The notes under the pieces were generated by a model. It saw nothing but the letters and a program-made list of their open reading frames with translations. It was not told where the DNA came from and ran no database searches. This document shows positions 52,252 to 64,000 of a stretch of 64,000 bases of DNA, in pieces. Origin of the DNA: Eledone cirrhosa (lineage: Eukaryota); assembly GCA_964016885.1 (NCBI GenBank), contig OZ024740.1:315394001-315458000 (forward strand), in the 5' to 3' direction. Position numbers and translations under genes: made by a program. Position 1 is the first letter of the stretch. Every line of letters starts with the position of its first letter.

Positions 52252-52975
52252 TTTATATATATAAATGCATAATAAGATGCAGAGTGGGAATGATGAAGAG
52301 ATATAATTCGAACGGCGTACCAAGCCATTTCAACTTTTCACAAGCATTTTCAAGGGGCTCGTGGAAACAAGTTGAAAAAGCCGTCTCGTCATTTAGATTC
52401 ATATATATATATATATATATATATGAAAAAATGGGGAGAAGAATACTGCAGGTTGCACATGGATAACATGTTATAAAATGAGTCCCTCATCAGTGATTTG
52501 CCAACGATCATAGATATTTCATTGCATTAAAAATCATATACCTCACGTTGGTGCAATAATAACTAAATTAAGTTATTAGGACAATTAAAACGCGTAAAGC
52601 GAGTGAGACAAGTAAACAACAAAGAGGAAAGCTAACCGTAGATAGGAAGGGCACAAGCTACATAGTTATTCTGTCAGCATGAGCTGGGTGAATATATGAG
52701 CGCGTAGAAAAAAGACCTTTCGAGATGAATCCAAATGTAAGAAAGAAGGAAATTGTTTTCGTCGCGAACGGGGTGAAGTGAGAAGGGGAGAAACAGTGAG
52801 TGAGTGAGTGGAAGTGTGAGGAAGAGGTCAGTAGAGAGAAAGTGTTAACTGACATGACAGAGGGGGCGAAAGAAAGTAAGAGAAACAGAGAGAACGAGGG
52901 AGTAGTAAGAGAGAGAGAGAGAAAAACAGAATCGCAGTTTAGGTAAATATATGTGAAAAAATGGGGAGAAGAATA

Positions 52976-53049
<74 letters not shown>

Positions 53050-53517
53050 AGAGAGAGAGAGAGAAAGAGAGATAAGGATGCAATTCAGTTCAAGCACTCG
53101 ACGTCATATTACTTCTTTAAAATAAGGATGACGGAGTATATTTATAAAGAGGAAAATGCGAAGTTGAGTATTTTATTAATTAAGCCGTTATAATATTTCC
53201 ATGACGATAGATATGATTTCTTCAGACACCAAAATTGAGTAAAGATAACGTTACCGACGCAATTATGGGTGGAAGGGAGTGGACAAAAAAAATGTAAGCT
53301 TTTGCTTTGGTTGCCCGCTCCCAAATATTCTAGTTTGTCACCAAAAAGTGTGGTGGAGGGTACTCAATACATTTTAGAGAGTGCATTATTTACTTAGCCG
53401 AGCGGTTGAACCCCACAACGATCTTCATGCGAGGACTGACGATCGCAGTGACATGAAACTCGAGGCGTGAAACAAAGAAATTCAGTAATACACATTCACA
53501 CATGTGTATGTGTATGC

Positions 53518-53560
<43 letters not shown>

Positions 53561-53880
53561 TGTGTGTGTGTATCTATGTGTGTGTGTCTGTATCTGTGTC
53601 TGCATATATATGTGTGTGTGTGTATGTGTGCGTGTGTGTGTGTGTTAGTTAAGTCCGTAACTAATGTTACAGGCGGAAGCCGTCGAAGCCATCGAAGCAC
53701 TCAATGCTGTTACGTTAGATGTGTTTTTGTCATATAAATTCGCATATCTGAGGAGATGTCTAGATGTCTATTGTGCTTGTGATTGTACAATGAGCTGATT
53801 GATATAGAAACAATTGTAATATGCCAATAAAGTTTGTACATATGCTGCAACACTGATTTCGATTCTTCTTACTCACTCTC

Positions 53881-54006
<126 letters not shown>

Positions 54007-54338
54007 TGTGTGTGTATATATATACAAAGACGGGGGGCCAGAAATAGATTCCTATACATTCCAATGGAAACAGGGCGGGTTTTTCGTGATGGTGCTGCTG
54101 TAGGTGTTGGTATGCTAGTACTGGTATGTTTGTTAGCATTCGTTTTATTTTGCTTGTTTTGTTTTTATCTTAGTTTTTGTTTGTTTATTCTTTTGCAGAA
54201 GCAGTCAATCGTGAAGCCTTTTATTTCCTGTTTTGTGGGTAAATGTTAATCAGAGAAAGAGAGAGGAGGGAGTTGGATGGAGAGATATTGCAAGTGAATG
54301 AGAGAGAAACCACATAATTTGCGATACATAATACTGTA

Positions 54339-54380
<42 letters not shown>

Positions 54381-54398
54381 TGTATATATATGTGTGTG

Positions 54399-54455
<57 letters not shown>

Positions 54456-54557
54456 GTTCATACATACATAAAAATAAAAAGAGAGCGAAAATATATAAAA
54501 GAAACAAAAAAAAACAGAAAAAATGACAGAAAAGAATGAGAGGAGAGAGAGTACGCA

Positions 54558-54609
<52 letters not shown>

Positions 54610-55569
54610 GGAGTGGGGTTGGTTGTTGAACTCGATGTTACTATCGACCTCCATACCGAACTATTAGAACACTTCAGGTTCATTAAGTGCAACTATGTTG
54701 TAAGTGGAACTCTCCGATAGAAAGAGAACACCAAAGGTATGTCTAAAACGAGATGGCGGAAGGAAGAGTCGTGGTGTGGCTATTGTGAAAAATAGTTTGT
54801 TTTTGTTCCAGAAAGTTGTATTAATAAATTCAACAGGAGTGAATGATTCATTGGTCGCTATATCAAATAGAGCGAAGTATTGCATATGAATGTGCATACC
54901 AATACTCTTACACGTATTGGCTATTTTATTTAATAATAGCCGAACTTAATAAACTTGTCTTTCAGTGCGTATGTACATATATGAGTATATCAGCATAACT
55001 CTTTCGTTACTATGTTTTGAATGAAAGACACTGATTATATGAATTACAAATAATTTTATATTAATTATAGAAATAATTAATATAAACATTATAAATAATT
55101 TTGTCGCTGGGCATTGTCCGCGGAAATGTCTTTGCCATTTTGTCCGTGGGACGCAGCCGAAGCACCGTTCTGACCTAGGTGTAGAGTCTGTCACCCTCTC
55201 TCCCGCCCTCTTTTTTTCTTCCTTTGTCTAGGTAGTCCTTGCTCTTCCTCACCTTTTCCTCCCATTTATGTCATTTATAGTCCTTTCCAATACTGCCCTC
55301 TTTTTCTGTATGTTTATATAATTTAACTACGAAATAAAATGTCTTGTATTACGTCAATCAATTAAATAATAATCAAGAATTTTAGTGGATTTAGTAATGT
55401 AATTAACTTTCTAATAATAATTGTTTCTACTTTTGGCACAAGGCCAGCAATTATCCCAGTGTATTACTGGTACTTTATTTTATCCGTAAGGATAAAAGGC
55501 AAAGTTAACTTCGACGGGAGTTGAACTCTGGAAAGCATGGCGTCCGACCCTCTACTGATACTGCCATTA

Positions 55570-56041
55570 TGTATATTCTACAGAATGGAAACTTGTTAGG
55601 TGCAATTCCTATTGGTCATTCTGTGCACTTAAAAGAGAAGCATGAAAACATAAAAACTGTATTAAATTTACTCAAGTATGATGAACACAAATTGGACATA
55701 TGTATGGAACTGAAAATGGTCAACTTTTTACTTGGTCAACAAGGCGGGTATAAAAAATATCCGTGTTTCCAGTGTTTATGGGATAGCCGAGTGAAAGACA
55801 AACATGAAAGACAGAAGCACTGGCCAGTTAGAAAGGGTTTGGCTGTTGGAGTGATGAATATTATACACCAACCACTTGTTGAGCGAGAGAAAATCATCTT
55901 CCCACCCCTTCATATTAAATTAGGACTAATGAAAACCTGATGTGTTAGGAAAAATATGGATGCCATATTTGAAATCAGCACTTCTAAATTATCTCAAAAC
56001 AACAACAAAACCTACGTCAGCAAAAAGTGGGTTGACCAGTG
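55570..56041 (+). pseudogene. Chapaev-like (CMC) DNA transposase fragment with 3' terminus
   Basis: NGN..AIPIGHS...LLGQQGGYKKYPCFQCLWDSR...WP.R...PPLHIKLGLMK. The element ends in ...ttgaccagtg. Confidence 0.7.
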
Positions 56042-56237
56042 TATTTAATAAATGGAACAAAGCAAAACAAACACAGGAAGGCAAAATACACAGTTATATT
56101 ATATTATATATATATATAGTAGGCAAATAATACAGATAGTCACTCAATGCAAACATATTGTAATTTCTCATTTTTGTTCGTTTAACCGTGTAGCCAATTA
56201 TAGATTATTCAAATTATATATATATATACACACACAC

Positions 56238-56311
<74 letters not shown>

Positions 56312-56315
<4 letters not shown>

Positions 56316-56668
56316 ACGAAACATAAGTCAATTGCATGAACTCATAATCCTTTATTTACTGTTATATATATTTCGATGATAGCCATTGAATGGCTATGAC
56401 CTCATCAGGCAGTTAGTCACTTCTTAGATATGCCAGCTCTGTGTTTATGGTGTTGATGGTATCAGAGCCTTGGGACATATGAGCTTGTTAGGAATAATTT
56501 ACTATTGTCAGCAGGAATAGTCTTAATTCTCATTGGTCAGTGTGTAGATGCTAGTAGGGTTGGTATTTGACCTCAAAGAGGCAGGTGGTGTTGTAAAGTT
56601 CAAACCGTCAGGCAAGATGACAATAGTTCCATATGACTGATTTTCACAAAAAGTATTCCTGGTCAGAT
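56312..56668 (-). mobile_element. Family-A-related single arm with hammerhead (56358-56413)
   Basis: Minus strand: actgc-CTGATGA-ggtcatagcca-ttcaa-tggctatcatc-GAAA-tatata-TA-acagt. It abuts (TA)n and lies where the hAT breaks off. Confidence 0.8.
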
Positions 56669-56674
56669 ATATAT

Positions 56675-58328
56675 TCAATTGAGGATTTTCAGCCTTGGCA
56701 AGCTTGATGTTAAGAAAACATACAGGCTCTCCAATATACCAAAAAATAATTTACCATCCACTGACGATTGGCTAGCATCGATTAACACCAGGTTCAGGTT
56801 ATGAGCGCAACAATGGACGTAAACAGCTTTCGAAGAGCATCTCTCTTTAACTCTAGCCTGAAACCCAGAAATATGGCCGGACATATTCGACGCTCCGTCG
56901 TAAGCTCGTCCCCTAATATATTAAGCATCCAAGGATAGATCCTGGAAAAGAACTTTCACAAGCGTATCGTAAAATGATTCAGTGGCTGCTGATTCTAGTT
57001 CACAAAACGACAGGAAATGCTCCTGTGCGTAGCCACTTTTCGATACATATCGCAGTGACACAGAGCATTGATCCTGATGCGAAATGTCTATTGTGGAATC
57101 GACGATGACTGAATAGTATTTTGTCGCTTTCACTTCCGTGATTATTTGTTGAGTACATTCGTTTGCCAGGCATTCTATGAATTCGTTTTGTAATTTTGGA
57201 CTTAAGTACATAGGCTGTCTTTTAGTGCGCCCAGGCGAGAATAAATGGCTTTCCAAGATCGTATCATACTTGGCCATCAATTTCAACAATTCAATAAAGT
57301 TTCCTTCATTTTCTGATTTGGCGCCAAGTCCAGCATATTCCCTGTGACCTCTGAAGGCCAGGCCTTGTTTTGCGAGAAATAACGTACAATCAAACAATCG
57401 CCTCAATATCTGGCGATTTCGTTCAATTCGCTTCTTCCCTTCATGGATGAGGTTATCGATCACCGTTTTATCTGCGTCCAAACGATATTTTGTCATGAAG
57501 TATTGCTTTTGTGCATTGATGTGAATGGCACTTTTCTCATGCTTGGCAATTTTTTCGATTCCCTTTTTGAAGTTTGCCATCCCACACTCTGAATTACCCC
57601 AAGTCTTCGAGTAAGATTCGGCATTTTTATCAGCAAACAGCCAACAACAAAAGCAATATAGTCTGTTGGATTCAGGAGAGTATACTAACCAGTGTCGGTC
57701 AACTTTATGGATTCCAGCACACTTTCTCTTGTACCAACTGATGTTGAATTTTCTGTGGTTCGAGTCGAAAGGGAAATCAGCAAAATTATCTTTCAATCCT
57801 GGCTGACAAGGACCAACGGCCATGAGGGCGCGAATTAGAGGTGTCGTCAATGGTCTGTCCTCGAAATGTTTCGGGTCGCTTGGATACTTCTCTTGTAAAT
57901 TCAACATGCATTCTACTGGCTCATACTCTGGGATTTGTTTTGCCAATGTAGTTTCCTCTGAATCATTTTCATTTTCAGATTCCGATACAGCCATTTTTCC
58001 CTCTATTGAGTTCGGATCCCCAGTTGGAACTATATCTTCAGTGACTACGACGGTTGTTGAGATAGTCGACGGACTAAGGCATCTTCGACGTCAGGTTCTC
58101 GTGACTCTCCAGTGCTTTCTGTTTTTCCAGTTCATCTGACCAGACCGACTCGCCGGAAATTCCGGCAGTTACGTTGCTTTGGGATGCGTCACTACGTGTT
58201 GACAAAGACTGTTGACTTTTCAGAAAACTTGTGATTAGATGACATTTCTTTGCAGATTCTTCCGTGGCAGCTTGTTTAGCTTCTCTGCTCTTTGTTACTC
58301 CAGTTTTGTAAGTTTTTTTAGGCACCAT
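56675..58328 (-). pseudogene. hAT transposase (ZMYM1/Tip100-like), frameshifted and 3'-truncated
   Basis: TTF zinc finger WLVYS...YCFCCWLF, LFLAKQGLAFRGH/EGNF, catalytic VIVDST, YDGASNMSG, VHCCAHNLNL. Split over three ORFs. Confidence 0.9.
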
Positions 58329-59104
58329 TGTTAATGAGCACTATATTGACACTGTTTTCCAGTGGCTTTGTCTTAAAAAAAAATTCTTCCTTTTTCCTTT
58401 TTCTTTTGTTTTTTTCTATAAGTCTTTAAGTGCCGAAATAGCTTGTGATTAGAAAGCCACTTCACTTACCGGATTTCTCTGGTCCTGGCAAAGTCGTTGG
58501 CTGGTTTTCCTCTCTTCCACGTGTGTACAATCCAGCTGGCCGATCGCAGCCTCAAATCGCACGTCTGTCTCAGGCCGATGACCGCCGTAGAAGAGAAAGG
58601 GGCCCCTCAAGCTGACGTCACATCTGCTCGCCCTTCCAGTCGAGCACGCTTCCGGTCAAGCACGCCCAGCCACACCATACCCACAATGAGCACTATATTG
58701 ACACACTTGGAATAATGCAATTTGCTTGATTTGATATTCAACACCGAAGAATGTAAAACACGTCAAATAATCGACGAAAAACAAAACATAGAGCAAAAGT
58801 CCAGGAAAAGTCACAAATACCAAATTGTTCTAAAATGTGACTAATGATAAAAAGTAACAACATAAATAAAAATATTATATATATTTTTTCTATATATACA
58901 CACAATATATAGATATATATATTTGTGTGTATATACTCATGCATAATTATACTTTTAATTAAATATTAGGTTAAAAACCTGAGTATCGAGAATAACATAA
59001 GCATGTATTACAACATTTCAAACAAATAGAATAATATAGAATTTAGATATCAAATCATTTATTTATATTTACAAATCAAAGAATATAATAATCGGTTTTT
59101 AATG

Positions 59105-59360
59105 AGATCCCTGTGATTGATGCAAGACTACTAATTTGTCAATGTTTGGTGTGAAAGCTGTTAGAGAGAGTCGTAAATCACCTCTTCTTTCTATATCAAG
59201 GCGATTTTGACTTTTTGAAAGCAGATGCATCACCTGTCTGAAACCTGACTCAACTAAATAAGATGTGAGGAAAGCAAGTAAAACAAATTTAACGTTTTTA
59301 TTCGACGGAATATTGTCTACACTTTTTTTTAGATGCAGTTGCCATTTTATCCGAAATATT
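59105..59360 (-). pseudogene. hAT (Charlie/Buster-type) C-terminal dimerisation fragment
   Basis: AFLTSYLVESGF...NRLDIERRGDLRLSLTAFTPNIDKL. Confidence 0.75.
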
Positions 59361-59412
59361 ATATTTTTTAAATAAACAAGAGATTGGTCTTAACTTCTAG
59401 TCTTATTAGAGA

Positions 59413-60785
59413 CTAGCATTAAAGCCCGGCGTTGCTCGGGGTCATTAAGTTACCAAAGTTAGGTTGCACCACCCATTTTATGGCAGCACTTTTTTGTCTG
59501 CCAGGCACTGGGTGAATGAATTGCAGACCTGGAAGCAGGAGCTGAGCCAGCAGTGACAATTGTAGTTTCGCCTATGGATATTATCTCTGTGCAAAAAAGT
59601 GTTGAAATTTATTGTTTCACAGTACTTGCGCAACACGCGCGTAGACGATGCCAGCCGAACAACAGAGCTGCGATGGAGTTGTTCTGCATGGTTGTCTGTG
59701 TGTTTTCTAAATTTAAGACAGTAGGGAGGGTTGTGATATGAGGGAGAGTTAGCTGTTGTTTCTAGCAGGTTTAGTGACCTCATAGAGGATATGTGTTTTC
59801 TAAATTTAAGACAGTAGGGAGTGGTATGATATGGGGGAGAGTTAGCTGCTGTTTCTAGCAGGTTTAGTGACCTCATAGAAGATATGTTTTCTAAATTTAA
59901 GACAGTAGGGAGGGGTGTGATGTGGGGGAGAGTTAGCTGCTGTTTCTAGCAGGTTTAGTAACCTCATAGAGGATATGTGTTTTCTAAATTTAAGACAGTA
60001 GGGAGTGGTATGATATGGGGGAGAGTTAGCTGCTATTTCTAGCAGGTTTAGTGACCTCATAGAAGATATGTTTTCTAAATTTAAGACAGTAGGGAGGGGT
60101 GTGATATGGGAGAGAGTTAGCTGCTGTTTCTAGCAGGTTTAGTGACCTCATAGAGGATATTATTGTTTATCATTATCTATAAAAGGCAGATTGTTGTTGT
60201 TGTTGTTGAAGTGAGTGTGTGTTTGTATGCGTTTGGAAAAGAGGTTTTAAAAAAGATTTATCGCTTGTTGTTGAATAAATGTATCTGTTGCTTTTGAATA
60301 ATTGTCGTTTCGTATGAAATGTAATAATTGTTTCTACTTTTTTGGCACAAGGCCAGCAAATACCCAGTACATTATTGGTACTTTATGTAATAATAAACGT
60401 TCTCTATCTCTCTCCCTCTCCCTCTCACTCTCTTCTCTCTCTCTCTCTTCGGCAATCATGCACGTTGTCAGATGATATGAGAGAGTAAAACGGACAGTAT
60501 CACCATCAAGCTTGGAAAGAGAAAGTAGCAGAAAGTATGAAGTTGTATAGATTTTGAATGGTAGTGGAAAGAGTTTAGCAGTTTAAATGACAGAGGAAAA
60601 TCGTAAAATATTGAGTTTTATCTATTTTTTGCGTAATTGTGGGTGAAATTGAAAAAATTAGATGTGCCAAGACGCAATCGATGCTATTTCGAATACTGAA
60701 TTGTAAATTTCAATTGAAGAAATTCTATATCGTAGATTTCTATAAGAAAGGAGCATGACCACACACTGAGCTTTATAGATTATGA
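59413..60785 (-). mobile_element. Non-autonomous Helitron containing a 5-copy tandem repeat of about 92 bp (59698-60160)
   Basis: A|CTAG plus hairpin cccggcgttgctcggg at the left end, and gctttatagatta at the right end. Confidence 0.6.
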
Positions 60786-61278
60786 TTAAGCGTTTTCTTT
60801 ACGTTGTTAAGTTATGTGTTTAGAATTATAGCCTAGGGGACCCACCTAGACCGACAGGAAATCCAGGGGGGGGGGGCAGCATCGGTGGAGGGTCAGAGAC
60901 CATGCTTTTCAGCATAGTTACGTCCCTTTACGATCTGAGTTCAAATCCCGCCGAGGTTGACTTTGCCTTTCATCCTTACGGGGTCGATAAAATAAAGTAC
61001 CAGTAATGCACTGGGTAATTGCTGGCCTTGTGCCTAAAGTAGAAACAATTATTTCATCTTATTAAATAATGGATTGGTAGAGTCGTTGGACCGTCGGACA
61101 AATATTTAGCAGTATTTGTTCTGGGTTAAAATCCCGCAGAGATCAACTTTTCCTTAAATCCTTCGGAGGTCGATAAAATAAAGTACCAATAATCAACTTT
61201 CTTCTCCGCCCTCTAAATTGTGGCTTTCTGTCAAAATTAGAAAAGAAAGAGCGGTGGATTAGCAGTATCGGTTGAATG

Positions 61279-62045
<767 letters not shown>

Positions 62046-62147
62046 TGTCGGGGTCTTGAACTTTTTCCTATTACCCACTCTACTACCCTAAGTATTGAGT
62101 ACTCTGGTGCGTTATGGTCCACCTGGTTCCTTACCACCATTCCTTCG

Positions 62148-62150
<3 letters not shown>
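62046..62150 (+). mobile_element. Family B tail-only fragment
   Basis: Starts at tgtcggggtc (the hammerhead cleavage triplet) and runs to ttcgtta|(TA)n. Confidence 0.85.
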
Positions 62151-62192
<42 letters not shown>

Positions 62193-62275
62193 TATATATA
62201 TATATATGTAGATATATACATATATATTCATATATATACATATATATATATATACATATATATACATATATACAC

Positions 62276-62306
<31 letters not shown>

Positions 62307-62346
62307 CATATATATATATACATATACATATATATATATATACATA

Positions 62347-62539
62347 TAACAAAGGAATTGTGGTGAGGAACCAGATGGACCATAACGCACCAGAGTACTC
62401 AATACTTAGGGTAGTAGAGTGGGAAATAGGAAAAAGTATGACCCCGGCAGCAGAGCTCAAGCCGTTTCGACGGCTATTTCTGGTCCAGAAATAGCCATCG
62501 AAACGGCTTGAGCTCTGCCGTCGGGGTCATACTTTTTCC

Positions 62540-62541
<2 letters not shown>
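62347..62541 (-). mobile_element. Family B mini hairpin with tail
   Basis: Tail 62347-62426, hairpin 62427-62541. Confidence 0.9.
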
Positions 62542-62622
<81 letters not shown>

Positions 62623-62839
62623 GTGAGGTTTTTTTTACAAATTGAAAAATAACCGAGGTGTCCTACACGAGTGAAAGTATAAAGAAAAAGAGATGAAATA
62701 GAAAATGCAACTGGAGTCTTATTTTTTTTTTAAATATATATATTTATTTGGTTCCTTTACCGGTTTCGCAGTTCTTCTGCTTTTCAAAAGGTGAGTTGAG
62801 GTGGAGGGTCTGTGGTTTTTCTCACATCTATATACGTAA

Positions 62840-63105
62840 AGACGCGTTGCTTAGAGGTAAGGGTGTTGGTGCACGATCGTAAAGGGGTGAATGAATTCTA
62901 TGCCCGGCAGTGGGTGGTGTCCTTGAGCAAGACACTTATGGCAAAAATGAGTTGTATCTGTAATTCAAAGAGTCGGCTTTGTCACGCTGGATCTCTCTGA
63001 GAACTACATTCTGGAATTCCCGACTACTTTCACGTCAATTTCACCAACAAGCTGTTTAGTTGATCGAATCAACTAGAATGCTCCTCGTCAGAATTGACGA
63101 AAAGC
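62840..63105 (+). mobile_element. Degenerate CORE-type SINE
   Basis: tRNA-like head and CORE-like gtgtccttgagcaagacactt. Confidence 0.55.
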
Positions 63106-63248
63106 CAACATATATGCGTGAAGCAATAAGCAGAAATGACGATGTCACTGTCATTTTGTTTTACACACTGCTTACATGTATTGAGTGCTCATTCAGTTAA
63201 TGTTTGAATATTTTTGGAGAATGTTATTTTAAATACGTACTTCAGTAT

Positions 63249-63300
<52 letters not shown>

Positions 63301-63311
63301 ATGTGTATATA

Positions 63312-63503
63312 TAGGAACGAGTAGGACCCCGACGGCTGAGCTCAAGCCGTTTCGACGGCTAATTCTAGTCCAGAATTAGCCGTCGAAACGGCTTGAGCTC
63401 AGCCGTCGGGGTCCTACTCGTTCCTATTACCCACTCTACTACCCTAAGTATTGAGTACTTTGGTGCGTTATGGTCCATCTGGTTCCTTACCACATCTCCT
63501 TCG

Positions 63504-63506
<3 letters not shown>
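63312..63506 (+). mobile_element. Family B mini hairpin with tail
   Basis: Near-perfect hairpin 63312-63426, tail to ttcgtta, TA flanks. Confidence 0.9.
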
Positions 63507-63542
<36 letters not shown>

Positions 63543-63591
63543 CATACACACATACATACATACATTCATACATACATACAAAGATACATAC

Positions 63592-63622
<31 letters not shown>

Positions 63623-64000
63623 CATACATACATACATACATACATACATACATACATACATACATACATACATACATACAAATGTAACTGTCCGTGTATG
63701 CCTGGGTATATTTCTGTGTGAGTGAATGAAAGAAAAAAAGAAAAGGAATTTCAAATAAAATAAAATTCTCAGGTATTCGATGCAAAAATATCAGCATTAT
63801 TTATGATTAAGAAAGAAAGCTAAGCGAGATTTGCATCTAAAGGCCCTCAAAATAGGTGTGAATCTGTCATAGCGAATAGCATAAGAAGAGGTTGATGTTG
63901 ATATTTCGGTTCCATCGAATTTCTTGTTATTATTTTCATGGCTGTCGCTGTAATATTTGAAATTCAACACGTAATCTTTCTGCATTTGACAGTTTGTTTC

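Noticed and set aside
52285-52325. Degenerate TGATGA...GAA-cggcg-TA motif
   Set aside because: Too many core deviations to count as a ribozyme.
54720-55200. Possible host promoter (YY1/ETS-like motifs, AAG|GTATGT)
   Set aside because: Short motifs only, with no linked coding exon found.

Overview
AT-rich, microsatellite-dense eukaryotic DNA. The SINE types and (TA)n/(CA)n density suggest an octopod cephalopod, which is an inference. The only confident host gene is a tRNA-Ala(AGC); a few weak exon candidates also occur. Nearly everything else is transposon-derived: a Tx1-type LINE with an open ORF2 embedded in (ATCT)n, three Penelope-like (Naiad-type RT + GIY-YIG) elements, hAT, mariner, Chapaev-like and Helitron relics, RTE fragments, Deu/Nin-domain and CORE SINEs, and minisatellites. 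The main pattern is about 9 distinct Penelope-like families carrying type I hammerhead ribozymes (about 15 motifs read by eye, many with palindromic helix III, one with a U3-A8 core swap). They recur as head-to-head inverted duplications sitting in (TA)n, with arms from about 55 bp to 2.2 kb. In these insertions one arm ends at a fixed internal TA and the other carries an extra 40-100 nt tail. One family looks like a 440-nt circularly permuted, non-coding retrozyme-like unit. Most long ORFs in the supplied track are microsatellite translations.
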